Of a stretch of DNA of 64,000 bases, positions 12,391 to 23,850 are shown in pieces (position 1 is the first letter of the stretch; the number at the start of each line of letters is the position of its first letter). The stretch covers positions 117,034,708-117,098,707 of the forward strand of contig NC_052160.1 of the NCBI RefSeq assembly GCF_902713615.1. Direction: 5' to 3'. Under the pieces are notes generated by a model. It had not been told where the DNA came from. It worked only from the letters and a program-made list of their open reading frames with translations, and searched no databases. The position numbers and the translations under genes are program-made. Origin of the DNA: Scyliorhinus canicula (lineage: Eukaryota).

Positions 12391-12562
12391 ATATTGTTTA
12401 AGCCTTGCAACTTAAATAGGGGTTCGCACAACAAAACTTCACAACAGCTCGTGATCATGATGCAAGTACATCAGGGCATGTTGCATGTCCATCTATCAGT
12501 ATAGGGTTAATTTCCTAACTCCGTACAGGGAATTGTGCTCCCAAGAAACTGAGATTATTTCT

Positions 12563-12904
12563 TTTTTTTTTTTCTTTATTCGTTTTTGGGATGTGGGGGG
12601 TTACAGGTAAGGCCACCATTTGTTGCCCATCCCTAATTGCCCTCGAACTAAGTGACATTTTAAGAGTCAACCACATTGCTGTGGATCTGGAGTCACATGT
12701 CGACCAGTTAAGGATGGCAGTCAGGGGTGCCCAAAGGGCATTCGCGAATCAGATGGGTTCATTATTAGATGTTTAATTCCAGATTTTTATTGAATTCAAA
12801 TTTCACCATTGGCTGTGGTAGGATTTGAACCCAAGTGCCAGGGAATTACCCTGGGTGCCTTGATTACGAGTCCAGTGACAATACCACTTCACCACCGCCT
12901 CCCC
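12563..12904 (-). mobile_element. tRNA-derived SINE (type E) with poly(A) end
   Basis: Minus-strand head GGGGAGGCGGTGGTGAAGTGG..GGTTCAAATCC; tail GGGCAATTAGGGATGGGCAACAAATG...AATAAAGAAAAA. Confidence 0.75.
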
Positions 12905-12960
12905 TAGTGTAGGGCACTAACATAACCTTGATATTCGTTCTGTCAACTAATGCATCTTAC

Positions 12961-12983
12961 CTATTTGCTTGAATGATATGTAC
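12961..12983 (-). other. Candidate 23-nt micro-exon
   Basis: Minus strand TTGCTTTGTTTCAG|GTACATATCATTCAAGCAAATAG|GTAAGA; near-consensus acceptor and donor. Confidence 0.4.
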
Positions 12984-13145
12984 CTGAAACAAAGCAATGG
13001 GCCTGAGTTGAACAAGGGCCCACGGATCACAAATCCCTTTGAGCAAACGGAATACTCTTGTCTATGAAAGAAGTAGATGAGGTGAACTGGAGGTCACTCC
13101 TAACATCCTGCTCTTGACTGTTTTGTCTTTCTTCAAACTCATTGA

Positions 13146-13185
13146 CACACACACACCACACAAACACAATACACACATACACACT
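13146..13185. repeat. Imperfect (AC)n microsatellite
   Basis: ACACACACACACCACACAAACACAATACACACATACACAC. Confidence 0.8.
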
Positions 13186-13189
13186 CTGA

Positions 13190-13385
13190 TTGCAAAAGTC
13201 AACCCTGGCGAGTGAAGACTAAATCCTGTGGCTCTGAATTCTGGTTGGTATCTATTGAGATCGTCTTATCTGTTGAGTATGAGTGTCCCCTCAACTTTTC
13301 AAACGGGTTATGGAAACCCAACAATTCCTCCTGTTGTATAGGACAAACCACATTATGAACTGTTCTGGTGGGACACAAAGCCATC
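13190..13385 (-). repeat. Unidentified ~200-bp sequence, copy B (inverted homologue of 8536-8730)
   Basis: ORFs 13199..13405(-) and 8515..8721(+) give homologous peptides (QQEELLGFHNPFEKLRG vs QQEDFIGFHDPHEKVRG). Confidence 0.85.
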
Positions 13386-13954
13386 AATCTATCAATCACC
13401 CCCACCCCCAGATTTTGTAAAATCGAGCTGCGGCGTGCAACCAGACAGCCATGTCACGCACCTGTTGCTACTCCGTGGGAAAGGAAATTGTTTACTTCCC
13501 ATTTAACAGGTCACTTTGATACACCTACAGAGCGTACATTGGCATACACAGCACTGCAAATGATTTCTATTTTAGCCTGAAATGAGGCACAGACTAAAAA
13601 CTTGAAGGTGGAAGTACTCTTGACTGACAATGGTGATGCCATCCCTGTGGTACCAGCTGATTGGAGGTTTTGCAGTGATATGGCACAGCATTGTTACTGA
13701 CTTTCTGCTGACCTGAAATAGGTTGAGTTCCGTCATTGCTAGGTATCTGTACCTGTTCATGGCATCGCACAATATGTGAGCACCTCAGTACTGGCTTCAG
13801 GCCTGCTGAGCGGTTGGTGTCTCTTCCTGTTTGGAATGAAATCCTACCTGAGGGAATGATGCAAGCACTGCCTCTTTCACCATGAAAGGACATTTGAAAA
13901 CTAGAACTCATTTTAAGTTACCATCAGCAACCAATAACTTTGTTAGACTTTAAC

Positions 13955-14215
13955 GGGTGGAATTTTGCTATTTTTTTGGCAAAGTGTCACCTTGGGTGCG
14001 AAAAGCAGAGGGTAAGCCATCGGCTGCGCTGCCAGGTTTTCCCACCATATTGTTAGACATTCTGCCGAAAAAAGCCAAGGGGCAGATCCCATGATGTCAT
14101 GCTGGCAGGGAGGACTCTATTTTAAGAAAGGGCGCCCCGAATACAATGGAAGCACTCAAAAAGGTATTGTAAAAATGAAATGCAACCCACTCCCCAATCC
14201 TTTTCTCGCAGAGAT

Positions 14216-14250
<35 letters not shown>

Positions 14251-14556
14251 ACACAACTCCCCCCCTGGCAGTGTGCTGCCTGGGCATGAGCCTCTGTCAC
14301 GTGAATGGCCGATTTAACACGGGAGGACAGACAGGTGTAAAGGCCTGATAATGAGATTCTAATTGATTAAAGTCAGGATCCCCCTTACATCATTGGTGGG
14401 GGTTGGGGACAAATCGAACAGGGTACCCCCCCCCCCCCCCCCCCTCCCTCCCTGGCGTAAAAGTCACTTTGGGAACCCCCCCACTCGATTCCTTGACCTC
14501 TCCCCCATTCCAAGACCCCACCATGGGTGGGGGTGGGGAGGGTGTAAATCCTCGCC
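13955..14556. mobile_element. Decayed Harbinger-type MITE
   Basis: GGGTGGAATTTT start / AAATCCTCGCC end; internal poly-C tracts. Confidence 0.45.
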
Positions 14557-14921
14557 AAGGCCTATTTTAAATGGGAACAGCTAGCAATGAGTAGGCATTC
14601 CACACTAAACCTAACTGGCAAAAACAAATACAAACGCTGCTGGAAATCTGAACTAAAAACATAAAATGCTGGAACTTCTTCAAGGTCATTATGCTGAAAT
14701 ATTGGGCCCGATTCTATGGCTGGTTCACACTTGAGCGCGAGTGCAACGTGGGCATTAGATTGTAGAGAGGCCAAAATTAAGAGCCGTGCCGGGCGGCAAT
14801 TGGTTTACAATCTAAGTGTCTCATCCCCGTTGGCGAAATCAGGGTCCCATCGTGATGTGGTTAGAAACCAATATTCACCACTTAAAGCAAATCTCCATAC
14901 AATTGACGAGAGCGACCCCCT

Positions 14922-15255
14922 ATAGAATCATAGAATTTACAGTGCAGAAGGAGGCCATCTGGCCCATCGAGTCTGCACCGGCTCTTGGAAAGAGCACCCT
15001 ACCCAAGGTCAACACCTCCACCCTATCCCCATAACCCAGTAACCCCACCCAACACTACGGGCAATTTTGGACACTAAGGGCAATTTATCATGACCAATCC
15101 ACCTAACCCGCACATCTTTGGACTGTGGGAGGAAACCGGAGCACCCAGAGGAAACCCACGCACACACGGGGAGGATGTGCAGACTCTGCACAGACAGTGA
15201 CCCAAGCCGGGGGATCGAACCTGAGACCTGGAGCTGTGAAGCAATTGTGCTGCCC
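14922..15255 (-). mobile_element. HE1-type V-SINE
   Basis: Reverse complement of the 26750-27100 sequence; ATAGAATCATAGAAT tail; deletion in head. Confidence 0.9.
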
Positions 15256-15861
15256 TCCCGTGATCTGACCGCCTTCCCAGTAGGTGGTAACACGAGAGCC
15301 GATTGGTACACCTTTTTAAAAATATGAAGCTGGTGGAATGGCTGTTGTGGGGATCCGAGGAGGTGAGTAACCATCTTCGCTCACGGCCAATGAGTCCAGG
15401 GACACTGGGGTTGCTGCCCCAGTGTGCGCACTTCACACCTCCCAAGTGGATTGTCATGGGGAGGCATGCCACGTAGCATGTGGGAGTCATTGCCTAGCAT
15501 CCCAATCAGACCATGGTGCCTGAACACTGTAGGAAGCAACACGACGGACGCAGCAGCCAACATCCAAACACCAAGGGCTGGACCTTAGCTCCGGGGACAT
15601 TTCTGTGACCACAGGATGGGAGTGTGTGCACCGGGGAGGGGACTATCGGCCGGTCCCGGTAATGTTACATGCAGGTGTCCGGGGTACAGAGTCTGGGGTC
15701 CGATGGTCAGGGACTCCGCTGTGGCCGGGGCGCCTGGACAGAGCATGTTGGATGACGAGGGGTGGGGGGATAGCAAAGGGGGAATGGAGGGTCCCGGGGT
15801 GGACGACACTGCTGATTGCCAATCTCTCACCCTGTCCAATTCCTTACAGATATGGCACGAG

Positions 15862-16600
15862 ATGGATGATAGCTTGGACCCTGCGTAAGCTTCCCCTGTG
15901 GTGCTGCTGGCAGGCCAGGTAGAAGGCGATGGCAGCAGCATCGACAGAGACTCGAGGCAGCGGCCCATGAGCAAGGCCCTCCCCACACCCTGAGGTTCTG
16001 GCCGCACATCCGACCAGGGAGGGTCCAGAGGGAAAGGTGAGAGGCCAGCGTTGGCCCAAGGTTTACAGACATGGTACATGCGGACATGGCACCACGTGGA
16101 GGAGGAGTATACCTGTTCCTGGTTGCCGTTAAGGTTACCGCAGCCCTGAACGTCTACGTCTCGGGACCATTCCAGTGCTTGAGCACGGACATGTATGGAA
16201 TCTCACAAGCTACAGCCCAAAAGTACATCCATGAGGTCATGGATGTCCTGTTTGCCCAGACAGCAAATTATATAAACATTGACATGAACAAGGCCCAACA
16301 AGATGCCCAGGCAACAGGATCATCCATCATCAACAGGATGCCCTGGGTCCAGGGGGTAATAGATGGCCGCATGTCACCGTGCGCACATCAGGCCATCAGG
16401 GTGTGCCCCTCATCAACAGGAAGGGGTTCTACTCCCTGAACATCCAGCTCATGTGCGAACACCACATGAAGATCATGCACGTGTGTGCACGCTTCACAGG
16501 GAGTGTGCACGACAGATACATCATGGGGCATTTGAACATCTCCGGCCTCCCCAGTGATCGCCCCGGGGTGGCTGGTTGACTCTTGGAGGATAATGGACAT
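15862..16600 (+). pseudogene. Harbinger (HARBI1-like) DDE transposase pseudogene, 3' truncated
   Basis: VAVKVTAALN, GISQA, VQGVIDG, NRKGFYSLNIQLMC, ARFTGSVHD motifs across frameshifted ORFs 16071..16439 and 16379..16579. Confidence 0.9.
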
Positions 16601-17488
16601 GTGGCCAGTGGAAGGGATGGGTCATTCTCTATGGCATTAACAACTCGTGTGGCAGGTCATCTGGGTGGTGGCCTGTGGATCCTCTGCGCCATACGCCGAC
16701 CTCTATGTCGGTGACAGATCTGTCCTCGGTCACCCCTGCGACCATCTGTTCCCTCTCCCATTTGTTGTGGGCCAACTTCTCTTGCAGGCGCACAGAAGGA
16801 GCATCATGAGCAGCATGCTTTGTTCATCGTGTGGGAGGGTGTGGGGAAAGGAGGGCTATGGGAGGGATGAGCAGTATGGGGGGATGGTGAGATGGGTGGT
16901 GTGGGGGGAATGGGAGGGATGCCACACTTAGAAACTTTTATATTAGATCACGCCCATTCCCCACAAAAGCTGCCTGACCTGCTGTGAATTTCCTACATCT
17001 TTTGTTTTTATTAAGGGCCGCATTTTAATGTTACTATTTTCATAGGTTTCCAATATCTAAAATATGCTCTTGCATATTTTGTTTCAGATAAAATAATTAA
17101 ATTGTTTTATGACTGAAACATATCCCAAAGTAGTAAATGGTATTAATAGCTCATTAAATGTTAATTGTCTCCGAGTGCAGGGAAATTGGATTTCCTTTTC
17201 ATAATTGCAGAAATATCAATGCTCCATACAGTTCATGATCCAGTTTCAATTTTTTGGGACCATAATTTCCTATCACTTCCACTCTGTTTCAGAAAGCCTA
17301 AACACCTTTCCCTCGAATCAAGATTTGTCGCATGATATATATGTGACTGCTCTTGATCATCATCTGGTGGTAAGATGTATGCACATGAAATTGTTAACTC
17401 TTCATCTCCCATACAATATTTATATTGTTACAACTTTTCACTCCCTTAAGTCTAAAGGACAGACAACTGTGTTTATCTGGCATGCAAC

Positions 17489-17765
17489 GGGCTGCACTGT
17501 AACACAGTGGTTCGCATTGTTGGTTCACAGCTCCAGGGTCACAGTTTGTGCAGAGTCTGCACATTCTCCCTGTGTCTGCATGGGTTTCCTCCAGGTGCTC
17601 CGGTGTCCTCCCAGAAGTCCCGAATTACGTGCTTGTTAGGTGAATTGAACATTCTGTGTACCCGAACAGGCGCCGGAATGTGGCGACGAGGGGATTTCCA
17701 CAGTAACTTCATTGCAGTGTTAATGATAGCCTACTTTTGACAATAATAAAGATTACTATTATAAT
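17489..17765 (+). mobile_element. V-SINE type B
   Basis: V-domain plus CCCGAACAGGCGCCGGAATGTGGCG..CAGTAACTTCATTGCAG..GACAATAATAAAGATTA tail. Confidence 0.85.
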
Positions 17766-18756
17766 AGTGCCAATCATTGAATCTGACAAATCCCCATCTG
17801 ACATATGGGGACTCACTCTCCTCTGCTAAAATCAGCCCCTATTCTGGGTTCATTACACAGAGCAACAATAGTGTGACATATTTTCTCCACCAGCAAATAT
17901 GGCCCCTTCACTCTAATCTGCAAGAACAAGGGTGAGGAGTTTATGGATTAAGACTACCCACTCAGCTGCCTCTATCACCGCTTTATCCATTTTCCCTCAA
18001 GCGTCTGGTCGTAGCACTAAATCTGTGACTCTTGGCTGGTTTAAGTTATCACATCATTTCAGAGCTTCCCAAAAACCATCTATTGATCCTATTACAACTA
18101 AAGTGTTGATCACAAACTTCTCTTCCTGACACTGTAGGAGCAGTGCCCCAAGAATTGTGGAAGGGAGTGTGAGAGCTTTGTGAGACAAAATTTTCTAAAA
18201 TCTGTCTGAAAGGGAATTTTAGCTTTGAAGCTGACCATACAACTTGGGGTTCCATTTGTCAATCGAATGTTGGGAAACATGTCAGCTAACACAAATGAAG
18301 CTAACCATCACCCGAGCTTTGAGGCAGCAAATTTACCAGATAATATGGCCATAAAACCTTTTAAACAAAGGACATAAAACTAGTCAAACCCATAAAGCCT
18401 TGAGGTCAAGTGGACCAGAAAGATCTATGTTTATACTGCAGGAATTCCTTACTTAGTATAAGAAGCCATTATCCCTAACTTAAACCACTTAAGCAGCAAC
18501 TAATGGAACATAAAGATGCTTCCCAGTTGTGTGAAAAAGCTCTTGAGAAAGGAAAGGTCAGGAATGGTGGGGTTGGAGGCCTGAAGATGGGGAGTGTTGC
18601 TTGTAAAACTCTGTAACTGGGGGAAAAGCCATGCCCTCGATAACAGTGCAGGGCTGCACAATTATCAGCTACGGTTCATATGTGACAAAAAGTATTTATA
18701 CTAATGTAGTGATCGAGATTTGCATTCTGTTGCGTTTAAAGTTGGTACAAGAGAGA

Positions 18757-19690
18757 ACCACAGAATGGTTACAGCTCAGAGGAGGCCATTTGGCCCATTG
18801 TGTCTGTGCCGGCCTTCTGAAGAAGCAATTCACCCAGTTATTCCCCAGCCTTCCTTCTGGAGCCCTGCACATGCTCCCATTTCAGATAATTATCCAATTC
18901 CCCCTTGAATGTCACGATTGAACCTCCATTCACTGTAGTCTCAGGCAGTGTATTTGGTTGCAATATGTCTTTAGGGGATAGCAGCAAGTCATCACTTTAA
19001 GGGAAGTGTGTCCTGTTATCCAGCCTCCTTGTCACTTTAGCCTGGAGCACACGCAGCCCTGCTGCTGATGTCCTCAAGCTTTCTATCCATATATATATGT
19101 GCCTAGAATTAATAAGTGAACCCATAGTGAGTTTACACAATCCCTTATCAGCGATTGGTGACTTTTTAAAAATAATTTTAACACATTTGACACATTCCTG
19201 TTCCTAACCACTCACTGCATGAAAATGATTTTCCTCAAATCGCCATTGCTTCTTTTCCCATTCACCTCAAGTCTGCTCCCACTTGTTGTTGATCCTTCTG
19301 CATGGGAACAGTTCTGCCCCATCTACTCTGTTCAGATCCTTAGTGATTTTTAATACCTCGAACAAATCTCTCAACTTCAAAAAAAGCAGTCCCAAAATCT
19401 CTCATCTATGTTCATATCTGAAAGTCCGCATCCCTGAAACCATCTTTTCTTCACTCTCTGTAATGCCTTCACATCCGTCTGAAAGTATAGTGCCTGGAAC
19501 AGGATGTAATACTCCAACTGAGGCTGAACCATTGTTTTATATAAACTTAACATAACATCCTTGGTTCTTTACCCTGTGCCCTCTGGTAATAAAGCCTGGG
19601 ATCTTTATTAACGCTTCTATCAGCTTGTCCTGCAACAATCAATGATTTATGCACATATACACCCATATACATCTGCTCCTGTACCCTTTT
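18757..19690 (-). mobile_element. Old CR1 3' fragments (two pieces)
   Basis: CACAGAATGGTTACAGC..GGAGGCCATTTGGCCC tail, then decayed ORF2 3' sequence at ~19190-19690. Confidence 0.55.
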
Positions 19691-19707
19691 TAGAATTTGA
19701 TTATATT

Positions 19708-21055
19708 AAGCTGAATTTTCCCACCGTACCAGCAGCAGGTTTGGTAGCGAGCGGGAACAGAGAATTTAGCGGGAGCCAACAAGTCGGAAACACGTCGGCA
19801 TAAAATCAGATTCCGTGGGCGGGATTCTCCCAGCCCTGCTCCGGGACGGCGTATCCCTGCGAACGGGCCACGCTGCCCCGACGCCGGCACGCGATTCTTC
19901 ACAGTGCGGAGAATCGACACCATTGGCGCTGGGGTGGTTAGCGCGGTGCCAGTTGGGGGCCGCTTAATGCGGCCGGCCCGCCGATTCTCTGGCCCAGATG
20001 GGCCGAGCGGCCGTAGGAAAAGAGCTGAGTCCCGCCGGCGCCATTCTAACCTGCTCTGGGCCGGCAGTACCTCGGCGTGTAAGGGTCGTGTGGCGGCCTG
20101 AGGGCCTCCGATGTGGCCTGGCCCGTGATCGGGACCCACCGATCGGCGGGCCAGCCTCAGTGGCTGGGAGCCTCCTTTCCTACGCGCCGGCCCCTATAGA
20201 CCTGCGCCATGTTACATCAGGGTCGGCACGTTGAAGGAGGCCACTGCGCATGCACGTTTTGGCGCCGGCGCCACTGCGCATGTCCTCGTTGGTCCCGGCG
20301 CAACTGCGCATTTGGGGATCCCGCGGCGCACAGTTCACGCCTGGATCTGCAGCTGGAGCAGCGGGAACCGCTCCAGCGCTGTGCTGGCCCCCTGTAGGGG
20401 CAAGAATTACACGTGGGAGCAGCCCGTTCACGCCGTCGTAAAACACGATGGCATTTACGGTGTAGACACTCTGCCGCGGGATTGGAGAATCCCGCCCCAT
20501 TTCTCCCAATGGCAGGTTAATGGCGGGTCAATCTTCCCACTGGCTGGTGATCTGAATGCATTGCCATTCATTTACATCTCCTGACTACATTAAAACAGCT
20601 GCTACCAACACCCCATCAGACCATTCAATATTGCGTCACCAGTGTGAAATTACTCGATAGATAAAGGGTGGCGTGCACAAGGCAGTCCTCCGTTTGCAAG
20701 AAACTTTGAAGTGAATGTATCAAAGCCTTCCAGCCATCGTCCTGCGCTGTTGCTGAAGCACTGTACACCATTCTGCTCCCCACCCTACCACTCCCCCTCT
20801 GCCACACACCAGTGTCTATCTGAACAGCACTGTCCTGCGGCACTTATGCAGCCACCGCATCAAAGGTTCGAAGTTCATTGTGGGTGGAGTTTGTGGTGAA
20901 GCTGAGGAGTGGTGGCCTGATGAAGACAAGGGGGCAAATGTGGAAGGAGGGTTGCACAATGAGGGGTGGGGGAAAGACAAGGAGTCATGATAGAAGGCGG
21001 GGGAAAGGAGGTGGATGAAGAAGATAACCAACGGAAGGCAGAGGGAAGAAAAAAT
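19708..21055 (+). mobile_element. Old Harbinger-like arm hosting the MITE at 19817
   Basis: GCTGAATTTTCCC start; continues after the MITE; ends in a purine-rich tract like the acidic N-terminus of the transposase. Confidence 0.35.
19817..20497. mobile_element. Harbinger-type MITE (681 bp)
   Basis: TIRs GGGCGGGATTCTCC / GGAGAATCCCGCCC; TSD CGT/CAT (one mismatch); related to 234-967. Confidence 0.9.
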
Positions 21056-21057
21056 AG

Positions 21058-21182
21058 GAAGCGTTTGACTAAGACAAAAGTAGGTCCATTGCAGACAGTG
21101 TCAGGAGAATTCACAATGGGGAATAGAGAAATAGCAGAAAATCTCAATGATTATTTTGTGTCTGGCTTCACTATGGAAGATT
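21058..21182 (+). mobile_element. CR1 ORF2 fragment
   Basis: KVGPLQTVSGEFTMGNREIAENLNDYF, homologous to ORF 25885..26388. Confidence 0.75.
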
Positions 21183-21184
21183 CA

Positions 21185-22893
21185 GGGGTTGATTTTGAGC
21201 CTGTGCTAGCCGTGCACGGGATCGGCGATTAGGGCTCAAATTCTCAAGAGAATTGATTCACACGAATCTCTCTGGTAAGATCGTAAATTCTAATTTTCAA
21301 CCCCCCCCGCCCCCCCCCCCCCCCCTCCTCACTGGCGGAGTAATGCAAATTATGCTGTGGGAGTGTGGGAACCTCATTTTAGTACATTAGCATGTCATTA
21401 GCGAGCACTACCTCCAGGACTTCCCTCTGCGCCATCACAGAGGCGCCATTTATAACAGCTTATATAAGCATGAACCTGGTGACCTCAGCTCCGAGGGGGA
21501 TTTCAGAGGTGAGCATTTAGGCAGCCGCTACCCTCCAGGGTGTTGAAAGCTCAGGGAGCACTGGAGAAGATGTGGGGGGAGAAATAAGTTCAACTCGTGG
21601 CTGGGGCTAGGTTTCAGTTTACGAATTTGGGTGCATGCCTTACCGACCCTTCATGCCAGGGAGACTCTTGCTTTAAAGGGGTTTGAAGGCTGGCATTCAG
21701 GCAGCGCTTCCCATATCTTCTTTGCTGGGCTTAGGTCCAAATCGCCATTGAGGGAATACCCTTCCATAATGGGAGCTGGGTGGGAGGAGGTGAATAAAGA
21801 TGGTCAGCACTGGGGGCGACTGAGTCCCTTGGATGGGGTTTCAGGAGAGGTCAAGCTGCAAGGGCGAAGTGGGGGACTCAGGAATGGGGTGAATTTCTGC
21901 CTCATGAGGCACGAGGACCCTTTCACGGGATGTGTGGGGGGAGGGGGAAGACGACTGCAGAATGAGTTGAACCCCACACTCAGGTCGTACTGTGAGGACA
22001 AAGGGGTTAAGCTGCATGGAAGTTCAAACCTGCTTGTCAGGGAAGTTTGAACGTCAGTAATTAGCATTGGGGTGGATAGCTGTGGCTGATGGAAGGCTTG
22101 TCAACTCTGCAGCCCTTTTCACCTGGGAGAATGAGGGTTCGCTCTCGGGATGTGCTTGTCATGCTAATTGCAGATTTCACTCAAATCAGCCGTGCCCCAT
22201 CAGCCACAAGAGGCAGCCATTTGCCTGAAATGCTACCTCACCATTCCTTGGCTAATAAATTGTGCTAATGAAATCTGCAGAGCTTAACATAGGCGTCACT
22301 GATTGGAGCCAAGTTCTTAACTTTTTGGAAGCATTGGCTCAAGCATTGAACTCCAATGCTCACACAAGCAATAACATTACACATATGACACTGATACATA
22401 CCCCGATGCGAGGCATAACGGTGATGTCTATCATCACACATCCCATTCAAGGTCATGACAGGGAGGGCATCTTTGAGGAGCCCCATAAGGAAGAGGACAC
22501 TGGTCCCATATGTCCACTCAACTGCCCTTTCACCGGATGCCAGACACCAGGGTTGCGGGTGAGGGTGGGGGACTGGCTGAAGGTATGGTGCCACTGAAAC
22601 TCTTGAGGGCCCACCCAGGTGGTGTTGAGAGGCACAACTGTTGGGCAGCAGCATAGTGTGAAAGGGAAGGGTATGAGGTTTAGTGCAGCTTGATTGCCTC
22701 CCGAGTGTCAACCACGGACCCAGTGAATCCCGCACCATTTTTCATTGGAATCGATTGTGTTCCACGTGGCGCCGGTGCTAGCCCCTCCACAGTTACTGAA
22801 TCGGTCCAGGTTCGCTGCCAGTTTTGCTGTCATGGAAGTCGACAAATCCTGCCCCAGCGTCAACACTTAGTCTCAGGAACAGAGAATCCAGCC
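21185..22893 (+). mobile_element. Decayed Harbinger-derived element
   Basis: GGGGTTGATTTT start and GAGAATCCAGCC end; faint transposase-like remnants at ~22150-22600. Confidence 0.45.
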
Positions 22894-23365
22894 TCAAAAC
22901 TTCCATTTTGGCCACTTAATGGAAATTTTCATAAACTTCCATAACTATGGTCAGGTTAGTGACACAACACAAATGAGCTGATTATTTCAAATTTTAATGA
23001 CAGAACATGGGAAGGAACCTGTCCTGTTTTTTTAATGACCATTTCAATCCTGCTCAACACAGCAGACAGCACATTTGTATTGATTCTAGTTTTACTTTTA
23101 TTTATGTAGAATCTTAGAGGGGGAAAACTTGATTATCTCCATCTTGTCAAAATTAGAAAGCGAAGAAGTGGTCATACATTGAGCTCATGAGATATTTTAT
23201 AATTTAGTTTGTAATACTGCCAATATGTCTGAGTCTAGTAAATGCTTTGAAATACATACATGTGATTTTACATTCCACACAATCCTTTACAATTTCAGAC
23301 CAGATATTAGCACTTGTAATGCTAAGTTAGTGCTCAGTATGGCATTCTTTATTAAATAAATGAGG

Positions 23366-23565
23366 GGGCAGCACGATGGCACAGTGGTTACCACTGCTGC
23401 CTCATGACACTGAGGATCCAGGTTTGATCCCAGCCCCGGATCACTGTCCATGTGGGTTTGCATATTCTCCCCCTGTCTGCGTGGGTCTCCCCTCCCACAA
23501 CCCAAAAATAAGCAGGGTAGGTGAATCGGCCAGGATGAATTAACACTTAATTAGAATAAAAATAA
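23366..23565 (+). mobile_element. V-SINE type D
   Basis: GGGCAGCACGATGGCACAGTGG head, short V-domain, A-rich end; approximate TSD AAATAAATGAG / AAATGAATGAG. Confidence 0.8.
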
Positions 23566-23619
23566 TGAAATGAATGAGTATAAGGATTATATACGCATTT
23601 ACTATATCATATGTATATA

Positions 23620-23850
23620 TTTTTTTTTCTTTAAATTTTTAGAGTACCCAATTATTTTTTCCAATTAAGGGGCAATTTAGTGAGGCCATTCCACCTACTC
23701 TGCACATCTTTTGAGTTGTGGGGATGAAACCCACGCAGACATGGGGAGAATGTGCAAACTCCACACGGACAGTGACCCAGGGCCGGGATTCGAACCCAGG
23801 TCCTCAGCGCCATAGGCAGCAATGCTAACCACTGTGCCAACGTGCTGCCC
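23620..23850 (-). mobile_element. V-SINE type D
   Basis: Minus strand ends AAATTGCCCCTTAATTGGAAAAAATAATTGGGTACTCTAAAAATTTAAAG(A)n. Confidence 0.9.

Larger units (their letters stand above)
10530..12400 (+). mobile_element. Harbinger element left arm carrying a Myb/SANT gene pseudogene
   Basis: TIR-like GCGCAATTCTCC at ~10532; three exon remnants homologous to the gene at 50279-52847. Confidence 0.8.
14704..16955 (+). mobile_element. Internally deleted two-gene Harbinger element
   Basis: TIRs GGGCCCGATTCT / AGATCACGCCC, TSD ATT (14701-14703 / 16956-16958); transposase remnant on + and convergent Myb exon-2 remnant (EKLAHNKWERE) on - at ~16670-16795. Confidence 0.8.
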
